From an uncultured euryarchaeote (GTDB taxonomy: Archaea > Thermoplasmatota > Poseidoniia > Poseidoniales > Poseidoniaceae): a stretch of DNA of 64,000 bases. The notes below the pieces were generated by a model. That model had not been told where the DNA came from. It saw only the letters and a list, made by a program, of their open reading frames with translations, and made no database searches. The translations under genes were made by a program, and so were the position numbers. The DNA lies in the NCBI GenBank assembly GCA_937899865.1, contig CALBRH010000044.1, positions 1 through 64,000 of the forward strand, in the 5' to 3' direction. Every line of letters starts with the position of its first letter. Within the stretch, counting starts at the first letter, position 1. Shown here one piece after another: positions 55,073 through 64,000 of this stretch.

Positions 55073-57658
55073 ATGCCAGCCAAACGTAAGAGTGTGTTAA
55101 TTTTAAGCATCTTACTTTTTTCATTAATTTCTAATGTACAAGCATCAAATGATTTTGATACTGTTCCACAGTTTGGAACTGGATTTGAGGAGGTTGTAAT
55201 TGCAGATAGTTCTGATGATTTATTTGACCCTAGAGATTTAGAATTTCATCCAGGTAGAGCCAATGAATTATGGATTGCAAACCGTGGCGATGATAGTATC
55301 ACTATTGTTCATAATACTGGGTTAGATGATCAATACTCTGAAAACCGCCAAGACTCTAATCACAATCATTTCCTCGAAGAAGTTAGTGCGATTGCATTTG
55401 GAGCATACCATCCTGAATTTGATTGGCAATGGGGTTCTGCTCAAGAAACTCAAAATACTTACTGTGGAGCTTTAGAAACTCCCAATCTATTCATGGGTCC
55501 AACACTTTGGCCATCCTCACTTGACCATTATGCAGTAGAAAATCAGAATAATGGAAATGGATTATTAGGTAGTCACATAGATATGAATCATCAATCCCCT
55601 GATGGGATGGGTATTGCTCATGATAATGGTAATGCTTATTGGTACTTTGATGGATATTATGGTGAATTGGTTTACTATGATTTTCAAGTTGACCACGATA
55701 CTGGACAAGACGATCATTCAGATGGTATTGTGCACCGATATTCAGATGTTAAATTAACTAGGGATGCTGGTATACCAGGGCATATGATTCTTGATAAGGA
55801 CTCTGGGATACTATACATCGCAGATACCGGTGCAAGTCGTGTTCTTTGGGTAAATACTGATTCTTCTGTCAATACGATAGACATAATGGATGATCCATCG
55901 AGAATGGAACCACTTGCAGAATACAAGCGAAAAACCGGAGTAGAATGGGGTGTAATTGATACCGGACTAAATCGTCCATCTGGTATTGCTCTAGAGGGAG
56001 GAATGCTATTTGTCTCAGAAAATGGCAATGGGCAAATTACAGCTTACGACCTTGCTGATGATGGCAAAAGTGCCACAATTGCAGATACGATTCAAACCAG
56101 TGCAGTTTTCATAATGGGATTGGAAATTGGTCCGGATGGGCACTTGTATTACGTTGACAATGGTCAAAATCAAGTTGTACGAATCGACCCATATTTCGAC
56201 AGTGATGCAGATGGCGTTTATGATGAAGATGATAACTGTCCTACAAATTATAATCCTGACCAAGCAAATTATGATGGTGATAATCTTGGTGATATATGTG
56301 ATGAAGATGACGATAATGATTTGATTCTAGACGAAAACGATGTTTGTCCTATGGGCGAAACTGGTTGGATTTCTCGCTCACTTACTGATTTTGATGGAGA
56401 CGGATGTCGTGATGAAAGTGAAGATTTAGACGATGATGATGATGCTATTTGTGACTCAGATGTTGTTGATTTAAGTTGCCAAATATCCTCTATGTCAAGT
56501 GATTTATGCCCAGCATCATCGATAGATTTCACCTCTAATCTACAAACGGATAATGACGCTGATGGATGTGAGGACACTACCGAAGATGATGATGATGACA
56601 ATGATGGTTATTCAGACGATGTTGATGATTGTCAATTTGAAATAGGTACTAGCTCAAACGGTCTAAAAGGGTGTATAGATACTGATTATGATGGTTATGC
56701 TGATAGTATCGATGTATTTCCATCTGATATTAGTCAGTGGTTAGATACTGATGGTGATGGTTATGGTGATGAGAAAAGTGGCACACAGGGTGATTTCTGT
56801 CCGACAATTTTTGGCACTTCTACAAGTGACCGATTAGGATGTATTGATAGTGATGGAGATAGCTGGTCGGACCCAGATGAATCTTGGACTGTAAATTTTG
56901 GAGGAGATGCTTTCCCTGATGAGCAATCACAACATTTCGATAGCGATGGCGATGGTTTTGGTAATAATCCAGATGGCTATCAACCTGATTCCTGTCCAAA
57001 CGTGTTTGGAACTTCCTTCGTAGATCGGTTCGGCTGTATAGATACTGATGGCGATGGATGGTCAGATGCCGTTGATGTATTCAATGATGATAATACTCAG
57101 TGGGCAGATTCTGATGGTGATGGTTATGGTGACGCTTTAGATGGTAATTTACCAGATTCTTGTCCTGAAATATTTGGCAACTCAACCATAGAACGTTATG
57201 GATGTCTTGATTCTGATGGTGATGGCTTAGATGATGAATTAGATGCTTTTCCATTTGATTCTACCGAGACAATCGATAGTGATGGCGATGGAGTAGGTGA
57301 CAATCTTGATGCTTATCCACTAGATTCTACTAAAACAGTGGTTGAATCAACAGATGATGAGTCAAGTGAAATAATCAATATTGCAATTATAGGTGGAACT
57401 ATTCTTGCCTTAATCATTGTAATCGGTTTGTATGCGAGAAGAAGAAAATCAAATATTGCTATACATCAAAAGAATCAAACCATTATGATGGAACCAATCT
57501 TTGGCCTAGAACCTGTAGTGATACAGCAGCAAAATGTAATCCCGCAAGCACAACCTCCAATGCCTCAATCACCACCTCTGCCACCAGAGGGATTGCCTCC
57601 TGGTTGGACCATGGAGCAATGGAATTGGTATGGTGAAGATTATTTACGCAACCAATGA
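55073..57658 (+). CDS. Secreted membrane-anchored protein: beta-propeller-like domain, long TSP3-like Ca-binding repeat stalk, TM, Pro-rich tail
   Basis: Signal peptide (MPAKRKSVLILSILLFSLISNVQA); PRDLEF/PSGIAL-type blade motifs; many DxDGDG/CP repeats; TM IAIIGGTILALIIVIGLYA. Confidence 0.88.
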   Translation: MPAKRKSVLILSILLFSLISNVQASNDFDTVPQFGTGFEEVVIADSSDDLFDPRDLEFHPGRANELWIANRGDDSITIVHNTGLDDQYSENRQDSNHNHFLEEVSAIAFGAYHPEFDWQWGSAQETQNTYCGALETPNLFMGPTLWPSSLDHYAVENQNNGNGLLGSHIDMNHQSPDGMGIAHDNGNAYWYFDGYYGELVYYDFQVDHDTGQDDHSDGIVHRYSDVKLTRDAGIPGHMILDKDSGILYIADTGASRVLWVNTDSSVNTIDIMDDPSRMEPLAEYKRKTGVEWGVIDTGLNRPSGIALEGGMLFVSENGNGQITAYDLADDGKSATIADTIQTSAVFIMGLEIGPDGHLYYVDNGQNQVVRIDPYFDSDADGVYDEDDNCPTNYNPDQANYDGDNLGDICDEDDDNDLILDENDVCPMGETGWISRSLTDFDGDGCRDESEDLDDDDDAICDSDVVDLSCQISSMSSDLCPASSIDFTSNLQTDNDADGCEDTTEDDDDDNDGYSDDVDDCQFEIGTSSNGLKGCIDTDYDGYADSIDVFPSDISQWLDTDGDGYGDEKSGTQGDFCPTIFGTSTSDRLGCIDSDGDSWSDPDESWTVNFGGDAFPDEQSQHFDSDGDGFGNNPDGYQPDSCPNVFGTSFVDRFGCIDTDGDGWSDAVDVFNDDNTQWADSDGDGYGDALDGNLPDSCPEIFGNSTIERYGCLDSDGDGLDDELDAFPFDSTETIDSDGDGVGDNLDAYPLDSTKTVVESTDDESSEIINIAIIGGTILALIIVIGLYARRRKSNIAIHQKNQTIMMEPIFGLEPVVIQQQNVIPQAQPPMPQSPPLPPEGLPPGWTMEQWNWYGEDYLRNQ

Positions 57659-57689
57659 TTAATCTACAACTTACTACTAAGCGTAACTA

Positions 57690-57965
57690 ATGGATTGCAA
57701 TATGCGTACAAGAGATTGCAATAAGCGTAGGAGATCTTGGAATTTTCTTATTCTTATTCAAGATGGTAGCATTGCAATGATTATGTCAGCACTTATCTCT
57801 CTATTATTCGGTGTTAATACAATATTGAATTTTATTTTAGTATTCGCTCTTTCTTTCATGACAGTAAGAATGTATCATAGAGTCATTGGTACCTTCTTTA
57901 CTGAATTAGTTAACAATGGATTCCTTAGAAAGTATTTGTTTGGCCAAAATAATGCTAAGCGTTAG
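57690..57965 (+). CDS. Possible small 2-TM membrane protein
   Basis: 91-aa ORF filling the gap up to tRNA-Asn, hydrophobic centre; no known motif; start uncertain. Confidence 0.35.
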   Translation: MDCNMRTRDCNKRRRSWNFLILIQDGSIAMIMSALISLLFGVNTILNFILVFALSFMTVRMYHRVIGTFFTELVNNGFLRKYLFGQNNAKR

Positions 57966-57977
57966 AGCATTGAAATT

Positions 57978-58053
57978 TGGCGCCGATTATGGGTTTCGAA
58001 CCCATGACCTTGGGATTAACAGTCCCACGCTCCACCAGCTAAGCTAAATCGGC
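57978..58053 (-). tRNA. tRNA-Asn(GUU), 76 nt, CCA encoded
   Basis: GCCGATT/AATCGGC acceptor stem, TGGGA-CTGTTAA-TCCCA anticodon arm, TTCGAAA T-loop, 3' G-CCA. Confidence 0.97.
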
Positions 58054-58101
58054 AAAGTTGGCGAACTACCTCTCCTTTATGAGCAATTCGGAAACCTTAC
58101 T

Positions 58102-59424
58102 TTACTCAATAATGGAAATTAGACGATTTTTATGCACAAATGGTTGTGCTGAGGTACTAAGTGAGTTAGTTAATTTATTCAAATCATCTTCAGTCAATGA
58201 CTCATTATGATGAAATTTCAACCATACATCTCCACTATTGATCTGATTTCCTCGCTCAAAACAAATCTCAAAACCTATTTCTGCAATAATCTCATCCTCA
58301 ATTGAAAATCTTCCAGCGCCATGCTTTCGAGCAATATCAGCGAGCATCATCGAATCAATTTCACAAATATACCCGGTATCTTGTGCTTTAATTTCAGTAA
58401 TGTGGGCACTTTGAGTCAAGACATCCTGTGGATTCTCACATAATTTTTGTGCAGTAATTTGGTCAACTCCTTGCTGGATACACATATGTTTGAATTTCTC
58501 AAGAGCCATGCCATTATCAATGACTTGAGAAATTATTTTTTCAGCTTGAACGTGTGATTCTGCCTTACCGGTTCTGGTCAAAAGTTCAGCACATTGTAGA
58601 ATTACAATGTCAAGAGTATCTTTCGAGCCTTTACCTTGCAGTACCATTACACTACCAAGAACTTCTAAACTATTACCAACATATTGTCCGATGGGATAAT
58701 CCATTTGAGTAATCTGAGCAACAGTATTGATTCCAAGACCTTTAGCAGCACCAACCATTGATTCGGCTAGGCCAGTGGCATCTTCCAACGTTTGCATGAA
58801 TGCTGCTTTACCACATTTGACATCAAGGACAAGAGTACCTAAGCCTTCAGCGGCTTTTTTAGAAATTATTGATGCTGTAATAAGCGGTATGCTGTCAATA
58901 GTATCGGTTACATCTCTTATCGCATATAGTAAACCATCAGCAGGAGCAATAGCATCATTTTGTGCGGCAATGCAACAACCTATTGCTTCAACTTGAGTCT
59001 TCATTTGTAGTGGATTTAGTGAGCAATTAAATCCTGGAATAGCCTCTAACTTGTCAATAGTTCCTCCAGTATGCCCTAATCCTCGGCCTGCAAGCATTGG
59101 GACCTTTAGGCCACATGCTGCTAAAATCGGTGCTAACATTAACGACATTTTGTCACCAACTCCACCTGTACTGTGTTTATCAACAACCAGTGCATTATCA
59201 CTCCAATCAATGACTGCGCCAGATAGCATCATACCTTTGGTAAGTTGTGTGGTTTCAGCTACAGAAATACCATTTGAATGGACTGCTTTCAACCATCTCT
59301 CTACTAACTTTATGTCTATACTTCGTTGTGCAACTGCCTGAATAAAATTATCCAATATGGCGCTATCCATTGGATTTGAAGACTGAACTTGTTGTATCAA
59401 CAATTCAACATCGTCAGACTTCAT
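58102..59424 (-). CDS. deoA: Thymidine / pyrimidine-nucleoside phosphorylase (bacterial type)
   Basis: DKHSTGGVGDK, GRGLGHTGGTIDKLE, YAIRDVT, ASIISKK, LDVKCG.AAFM. No archaeal AMP-phosphorylase N-terminal domain. Confidence 0.93.
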   Translation of the reverse strand: MKSDDVELLIQQVQSSNPMDSAILDNFIQAVAQRSIDIKLVERWLKAVHSNGISVAETTQLTKGMMLSGAVIDWSDNALVVDKHSTGGVGDKMSLMLAPILAACGLKVPMLAGRGLGHTGGTIDKLEAIPGFNCSLNPLQMKTQVEAIGCCIAAQNDAIAPADGLLYAIRDVTDTIDSIPLITASIISKKAAEGLGTLVLDVKCGKAAFMQTLEDATGLAESMVGAAKGLGINTVAQITQMDYPIGQYVGNSLEVLGSVMVLQGKGSKDTLDIVILQCAELLTRTGKAESHVQAEKIISQVIDNGMALEKFKHMCIQQGVDQITAQKLCENPQDVLTQSAHITEIKAQDTGYICEIDSMMLADIARKHGAGRFSIEDEIIAEIGFEICFERGNQINSGDVWLKFHHNESLTEDDLNKLTNSLSTSAQPFVHKNRLISIIE

Positions 59425-59433
59425 ACTATCAGC

Positions 59434-60384
59434 CTAATCTTCTGCTAACCCAATCTCAACTAATCTTTGATGGAGATAATCTCCAGCACTAATCGATTGA
59501 TAGTCTGCAGTACCACTAGTCATTGCAATGAATTCTGGTCTTGGGGTTAGGTCGATTGTATTTCTTGGATGGACAAACATTGGCATAGAGAATCTGCGTG
59601 CTGATTTTGATGCAGGATTCACTACACGATGAGTAGTTGATTTGAATAAGCCATTGGTTAGGTTTTGTATCATGTCGCCAGAATCAACAATGATGTAACG
59701 CTCATCACCTTCGACTTTTATCCATGTCCCATCATGGTCCATAACTTCCAAGCCATCGGCGGTTGCTGTAACAAGCAATGTGATGAAATTAATATCTTCG
59801 TGGGCTGCTGAGCGAACAGCACCTTCAGGTACATCATCGCCAAGTGGTGGATAATGGATGATTCTCATGATGGTATTACCATCATTGGTCATCTCAACCA
59901 ACCAGTCGCTATCTTTGCCTAAGTATATGCTACATGCAGATAACAAATCACTGGATAAAGTTTCCATCCTATTGTACAGATCATCAATAACTTGCCGAAA
60001 TTGTGGTACAGATTTGTCTGGCCAAACATTGGTAGGATATGAGGGGGTCTCCCCCTCCTTGTGAGTTCTTCCAGTTTGCCAAAATTCTTTCAAATCAGGA
60101 GCAGGGTTATCTTTGGCATGTTCAACTCCAAAAGCGGTATAACCTCTTTGATGAGCGATTTCACGATGAGCATAATTCATTTTTTCACTGGCATCGAGGC
60201 CAAAAAACTCGTCAGCTTTATCGTATGATTGTTGAATCAATTCAATTGGTATGCCATGATTTTTCAAGGCAAAAAAACCGATGTCTTTGAGTGAGTCACC
60301 AACTTCTTCGATGAATTTATGCTTACGTGTTTCATCACCTGAAACATAGTCTGCGAAATCAATCACTGGAATACTTCGACTCAT
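59434..60384 (-). CDS. IPNS-family Fe(II)/2-oxoglutarate-dependent oxygenase
   Basis: IPVID, GFFALKNHGI, RGY, DLKEF, RIIHYPP, HED (HxD), HRV, RFSMPMF. Start placed at MSRSIP (60384). Confidence 0.93.
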   Translation of the reverse strand: MSRSIPVIDFADYVSGDETRKHKFIEEVGDSLKDIGFFALKNHGIPIELIQQSYDKADEFFGLDASEKMNYAHREIAHQRGYTAFGVEHAKDNPAPDLKEFWQTGRTHKEGETPSYPTNVWPDKSVPQFRQVIDDLYNRMETLSSDLLSACSIYLGKDSDWLVEMTNDGNTIMRIIHYPPLGDDVPEGAVRSAAHEDINFITLLVTATADGLEVMDHDGTWIKVEGDERYIIVDSGDMIQNLTNGLFKSTTHRVVNPASKSARRFSMPMFVHPRNTIDLTPRPEFIAMTSGTADYQSISAGDYLHQRLVEIGLAED

Positions 60385-60455
60385 GTTATCAAGGCTTGCT
60401 ATGGCCAATAGCGTATCAAGTCTATGCTTAACTGGTAAGAAAAATGGCGTTTTTC

Positions 60456-61205
60456 TTAGTCACGAATTTTAGCCAGAAGTCTAACCATTTCGATGTAAAT
60501 CCAAATAATCGTTACAAGAACACCAAATGCGCCCCACCATTCAGCATTCTTAGGAGCGTTCCATTTTACTCCCGATTCGATGAATCCAAAATCAGAGATT
60601 AGGCTGAGTGCTGCAATACATAGGATAAATGCAGTTACTCCAATACCAATAGGTCCTGATGAGTGTAGGAATGGAATTTCAAATGGTGTAAAGAAGTAAA
60701 AGAAAATCGAAACCAAATATAACATCATAATTGAGAATACCATGCTACCAATCACTTTGTTAAAAGTTGGTGTAGGACGAATAATTCGTGACGAGTAGAT
60801 AAAAAGCATTCCTCCGGTGATAAATAGAGTTCCAAAGGCTGCTTGAATGATTATGCCGCTGTAAAATGCTTCAAAAATCAAAGATAGAGAGCCAACAAAC
60901 AAACCTTGCATGACTGCGTAAATAGTCATTAGAGCCGCAGGGTTTTCTGGTCTCATAATCATTAGAATTACTGCAACCACTATTCCTCCAAACAGCCCTC
61001 CCCAAGTCATGCCGTTAATTACCCCAGCATTTCCTGCCTCCAAAGCGTCAAGTGCAACGTAAGCAGCGATGAAAGCAACTACCGTAACAACACCCAAAAG
61101 GTAAGCTAACTTACCAATGGTTCCTTGTAGTGTCATTGTGTTTTGACCTTGAATATTTGACCAGAAATTTTGTGTCATTACCGGATTGCTTGTACTATAG
61201 CGCAT
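60456..61205 (-). CDS. Bax inhibitor-1/YccA-family membrane protein
   Basis: TMTLQGTIGK, YAVMQGLFVG, LISDF..IE.G....AP...EWWGAFG..VT..WIYIE..RLL. Start placed at 61205. Confidence 0.9.
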   Translation of the reverse strand: MRYSTSNPVMTQNFWSNIQGQNTMTLQGTIGKLAYLLGVVTVVAFIAAYVALDALEAGNAGVINGMTWGGLFGGIVVAVILMIMRPENPAALMTIYAVMQGLFVGSLSLIFEAFYSGIIIQAAFGTLFITGGMLFIYSSRIIRPTPTFNKVIGSMVFSIMMLYLVSIFFYFFTPFEIPFLHSSGPIGIGVTAFILCIAALSLISDFGFIESGVKWNAPKNAEWWGAFGVLVTIIWIYIEMVRLLAKIRD

Positions 61206-61251
61206 CGTTATCGTATGTGCTAAGACAAAGTCCTTTGTCAATCTTGCGATA

Positions 61252-64000
61252 TTATTGGTTATCTTGCAGTTGTTCTTGGTAGTATTCTTGCAGTTGCTCA
61301 ATTGTCCAACCATTGTCAAGATATCTTTGGATTACATCTTCACCCCAGCCAGGGAATTTTGCGAGATCAGCATCACTAATGCCACTGCTTGCTTCACTAG
61401 CCACTTCTCCACCACTGCCGTCTAGGACTGGCATAGACCACTCTTCAGTGTCAACTGCTTCTGAATTTTCCATCAACATCATTTCTTGTTCCTCAATACT
61501 AACCAAATCCTTTGCTTGACTCGCTTTGCTTTCTAATTGTTTTAGGATAAGGAATGCTCCAGCACAGAAGATTGCAGCAACGAGCATAACTATCAGCATA
61601 GAATTTGAGCCTGTATTATCTTTCTCGCCATCACTGGCATCAGCGTTGTCAGATAACTGTTCACTTGAACAACCATCCAAATCAGTCAGTCCACCCACTT
61701 CGGTATCAGGACACAAATCAAATTTGTTTAGAATACCATCTAAATCATCATCTGCATCTGGGTCTACAGTTTGATTATCGTCTGGCTCATCAGTATCTAT
61801 TACTGCAGATAAGTCACAACCATATTTGTCAGTATCTTTGATGCCATCTCCATCCGCATCTTCCAAGTTTAACGCATCAAATATTGCAACATTTTCCACA
61901 CTGGAATTAAGTGCTGTACTTTGAGCCCAAGCTATCTCTACTGAATCAATAGCACAATCACCGTCAGTATCAGCGAGAAGAGGATGACCGCCTTGCTTTT
62001 CTTCATCGGTATTATTCACGCCATCACCATCTGAATCATACATGTCTTCAGTCATTCCGTTTGGCATGATTCGCTTGGTACGGTTTAGGCCGTTTGCAAC
62101 TTCCCATTTATCCGTAAGAGAGTCTTGGTCAGTATCGGTAACATTGTCCAATCTATTCCAATCTACATGCCAAGCATCAAGATAATACTGAGTAATAGCG
62201 GCAGAGTGTATTATGACCCCCATTTCACGATTTCTATTCATTGCAGAACTACCCATATTGATTGAAGATACAAGTACGCTCTCACCATCTACAATTATTC
62301 CTTTATTGTGTAATTTTGAGACATCATCATCTTCACTCATTACGATTGCAGATGCATCTAATCCTTGGGAGCCATTCCATACTTCATTGAATAAATCTAC
62401 AACTTCTTGGTCATCATCGTCCAAATATGCTCCGTTAATTATTAGATGTACTCCAACTCCATTCATTGCCACATCATGAAGAGCAGTAATGATTGGATTT
62501 TCATCTCCCCAACCATATGCCCAGTCAACATCAAGTGTTTGTTGAGATAGTAAGACTTCACTATTTGCTGAACGAATAAAGTCAGTTATTTTGGTGACAC
62601 AATTCTCGGGACAAGTCAATAATTCACCAGAAACACTGGTTTGAATTGCGGCTTGTACTCCGCCACCTCCAATTGTATTCGGTGCGTAAAAATTGTATTG
62701 ATCATAATCACTTAATGACATCATTTCAGACCAATGAATATCTAAATTGAATTGTTGATCAACCATATGTGCAAGTTCTAAGTTGTCAATAATAATACTC
62801 CATTCTACATTGCCTCTAACTCCAGGGGCTGGTACAGAAGAAGACTTCCAATTGCCCGAAGACATCCAAACACTGCTTGAGTCTCGTACTGCAACTTTAC
62901 TGTGAAGATACAAGTATGGCTCATCACTTCCAGTATTGAACTCATAAACAGTAGCACCCGCTTGGATTAAGGTGTAAGCGAAATCATTTTTGTATTGCAA
63001 ATCTGTTTCAGACCAAATGTTACAGTTTATACATCCAGAATCAAGCATTAATTCTACACTAACTCCTCTTTGCAAAGCATCCAATAATGCTTGAACCAAG
63101 TATGCGTCTTGTAATTGATACAATTGAATTTTCAAACTTGTTTGGCTATCATCAATGAATTGTTTCAATTCAAGTAAGCCATTTTGCGGACCGATAATTG
63201 GTACTATAAGTGCCTCGGATTGAGCAAACTCAGATTGTAAGCACAAAGTACCCATGCTACCTGTTATCGACCAATGATGCTTCCAGTCATCTGCTGTATC
63301 AGTGTCAGGTAAGTATGAGCAACCATCACCTCTAACATAGACGAATTCATCATCAGAAACACTGGATGCTGGAATAGAAATTGCCTCACTGCTCCAACCA
63401 TCTTGGCTTGCAGGGCCACTGTCAAAGACAAATGTGTCTGACAAGACGCCATTAGGGTCTTTCAAGGAAATAGCAACTCCAGAATCAGGGATGTATAGGT
63501 TTGAACATCCAATATCATCGAAATTTAGGTAGGTTGTTGCTTCTCCAAGCAGCAGATTTGTGTCTTGAGTAATTATTTCAGCCATACCATCATTATCTGT
63601 AATATCTGAATCCTCAGCGAAAACAATTGTGCTTTGAGGACTGAAGAACATATTGTTGATAATAGTACATTCAACTAAAGTGCCATCATTGATATTGATG
63701 GTCCAACCGTTGAAGAACGCATCATTTTCTCCGATGTTTTTGATTTGAATGAATTCATTGTCATATGGTGAAACTCTTGTAATTATGATGTCTTGAGCAG
63801 TAGCAAAGTCGGTAGCTTGTATGTTGGCGGAACCCGGTGTTGGGTAAGCACCAGAAAACCAATTTACTCCATCTTCAGAAATCCATGACTCGCAAGTATT
63901 TGCTGTAATTCCTTCACCATGTACATTTGATGTTGTGACCATGACGCCATCTGGATTGTACATGTGAATCAAATCTATAGGCATAAGGAATGAGCGTGGT
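61252..64000 (-). CDS. Membrane-anchored phospholipase D-family protein with lamin-tail-like domains and Asp-rich repeats (5' end lies beyond the window)
   Basis: Two HKD motifs (LHSKVAVRD...SGNW; LHNKGIIVD...SSINMG); LTD-like IIITRVSPYDNEFIQIKNIG; DTDQDSL.D.WE repeats; C-terminal TM. The frame is open to the window edge. Confidence 0.9.
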   Translation of the reverse strand, partial: PRSFLMPIDLIHMYNPDGVMVTTSNVHGEGITANTCESWISEDGVNWFSGAYPTPGSANIQATDFATAQDIIITRVSPYDNEFIQIKNIGENDAFFNGWTININDGTLVECTIINNMFFSPQSTIVFAEDSDITDNDGMAEIITQDTNLLLGEATTYLNFDDIGCSNLYIPDSGVAISLKDPNGVLSDTFVFDSGPASQDGWSSEAISIPASSVSDDEFVYVRGDGCSYLPDTDTADDWKHHWSITGSMGTLCLQSEFAQSEALIVPIIGPQNGLLELKQFIDDSQTSLKIQLYQLQDAYLVQALLDALQRGVSVELMLDSGCINCNIWSETDLQYKNDFAYTLIQAGATVYEFNTGSDEPYLYLHSKVAVRDSSSVWMSSGNWKSSSVPAPGVRGNVEWSIIIDNLELAHMVDQQFNLDIHWSEMMSLSDYDQYNFYAPNTIGGGGVQAAIQTSVSGELLTCPENCVTKITDFIRSANSEVLLSQQTLDVDWAYGWGDENPIITALHDVAMNGVGVHLIINGAYLDDDDQEVVDLFNEVWNGSQGLDASAIVMSEDDDVSKLHNKGIIVDGESVLVSSINMGSSAMNRNREMGVIIHSAAITQYYLDAWHVDWNRLDNVTDTDQDSLTDKWEVANGLNRTKRIMPNGMTEDMYDSDGDGVNNTDEEKQGGHPLLADTDGDCAIDSVEIAWAQSTALNSSVENVAIFDALNLEDADGDGIKDTDKYGCDLSAVIDTDEPDDNQTVDPDADDDLDGILNKFDLCPDTEVGGLTDLDGCSSEQLSDNADASDGEKDNTGSNSMLIVMLVAAIFCAGAFLILKQLESKASQAKDLVSIEEQEMMLMENSEAVDTEEWSMPVLDGSGGEVASEASSGISDADLAKFPGWGEDVIQRYLDNGWTIEQLQEYYQEQLQDNQ

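Noticed and set aside
56200-57350. Recurrent GATAGTGATGGxGATGG-like DNA repeats resembling an array
   Set aside because: They are in-frame codons for DxDGDG repeats. There are no identical repeats with unique spacers and no cas genes, so this is not CRISPR.
57659-58101. Integrated element at the tRNA-Asn or tRNA-Thr 3' ends
   Set aside because: I saw no integrase and no duplicated tRNA 3' half (att site) in the window.
59434-60384. Isopenicillin N synthase / antibiotic cluster
   Set aside because: No NRPS or tailoring genes are nearby, and the family name covers many unrelated oxygenases.

Overview
Gene-dense archaeal chromosome segment of about 55 CDS and 2 tRNAs. I saw no integrase, transposase, prophage or CRISPR array. 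Archaeal markers are archaeosine tRNA-guanine transglycosylase, CTP-dependent riboflavin kinase, long archaeal-type PheS, stand-alone GMP synthase subunit B, a DUF835 protein and ThiR. These occur with many bacterial-type genes (full sufCBDSE+sufT, folD, thymidine phosphorylase, an IPNS-family oxygenase) and several Asp-rich, TSP3-repeat, membrane-anchored surface proteins. That mix suggests Marine Group II Euryarchaeota (Ca. Poseidoniales); this is inference, and no database search was run. Most notable observations: (1) a circularly permuted glycerophosphodiester phosphodiesterase with its catalytic HRG strand at the C-terminus; (2) a coupled DUF835 / DnaA-like AAA+ / YkgJ operon bracketed by two ATCAA-N5-TTGAT palindromes; (3) an archaeosine TGT lacking its structural Zn ligands; (4) a thymidine phosphorylase + Fe/2OG oxygenase operon, possibly a thymine salvage route; (5) a shared cytoplasmic 'PGW / GWTxEQ' tail motif on otherwise unrelated surface proteins; (6) an ABC system coupled to an AttH/CrtC/tocopherol-cyclase-like gene. 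All family calls come from motifs recognised by eye.
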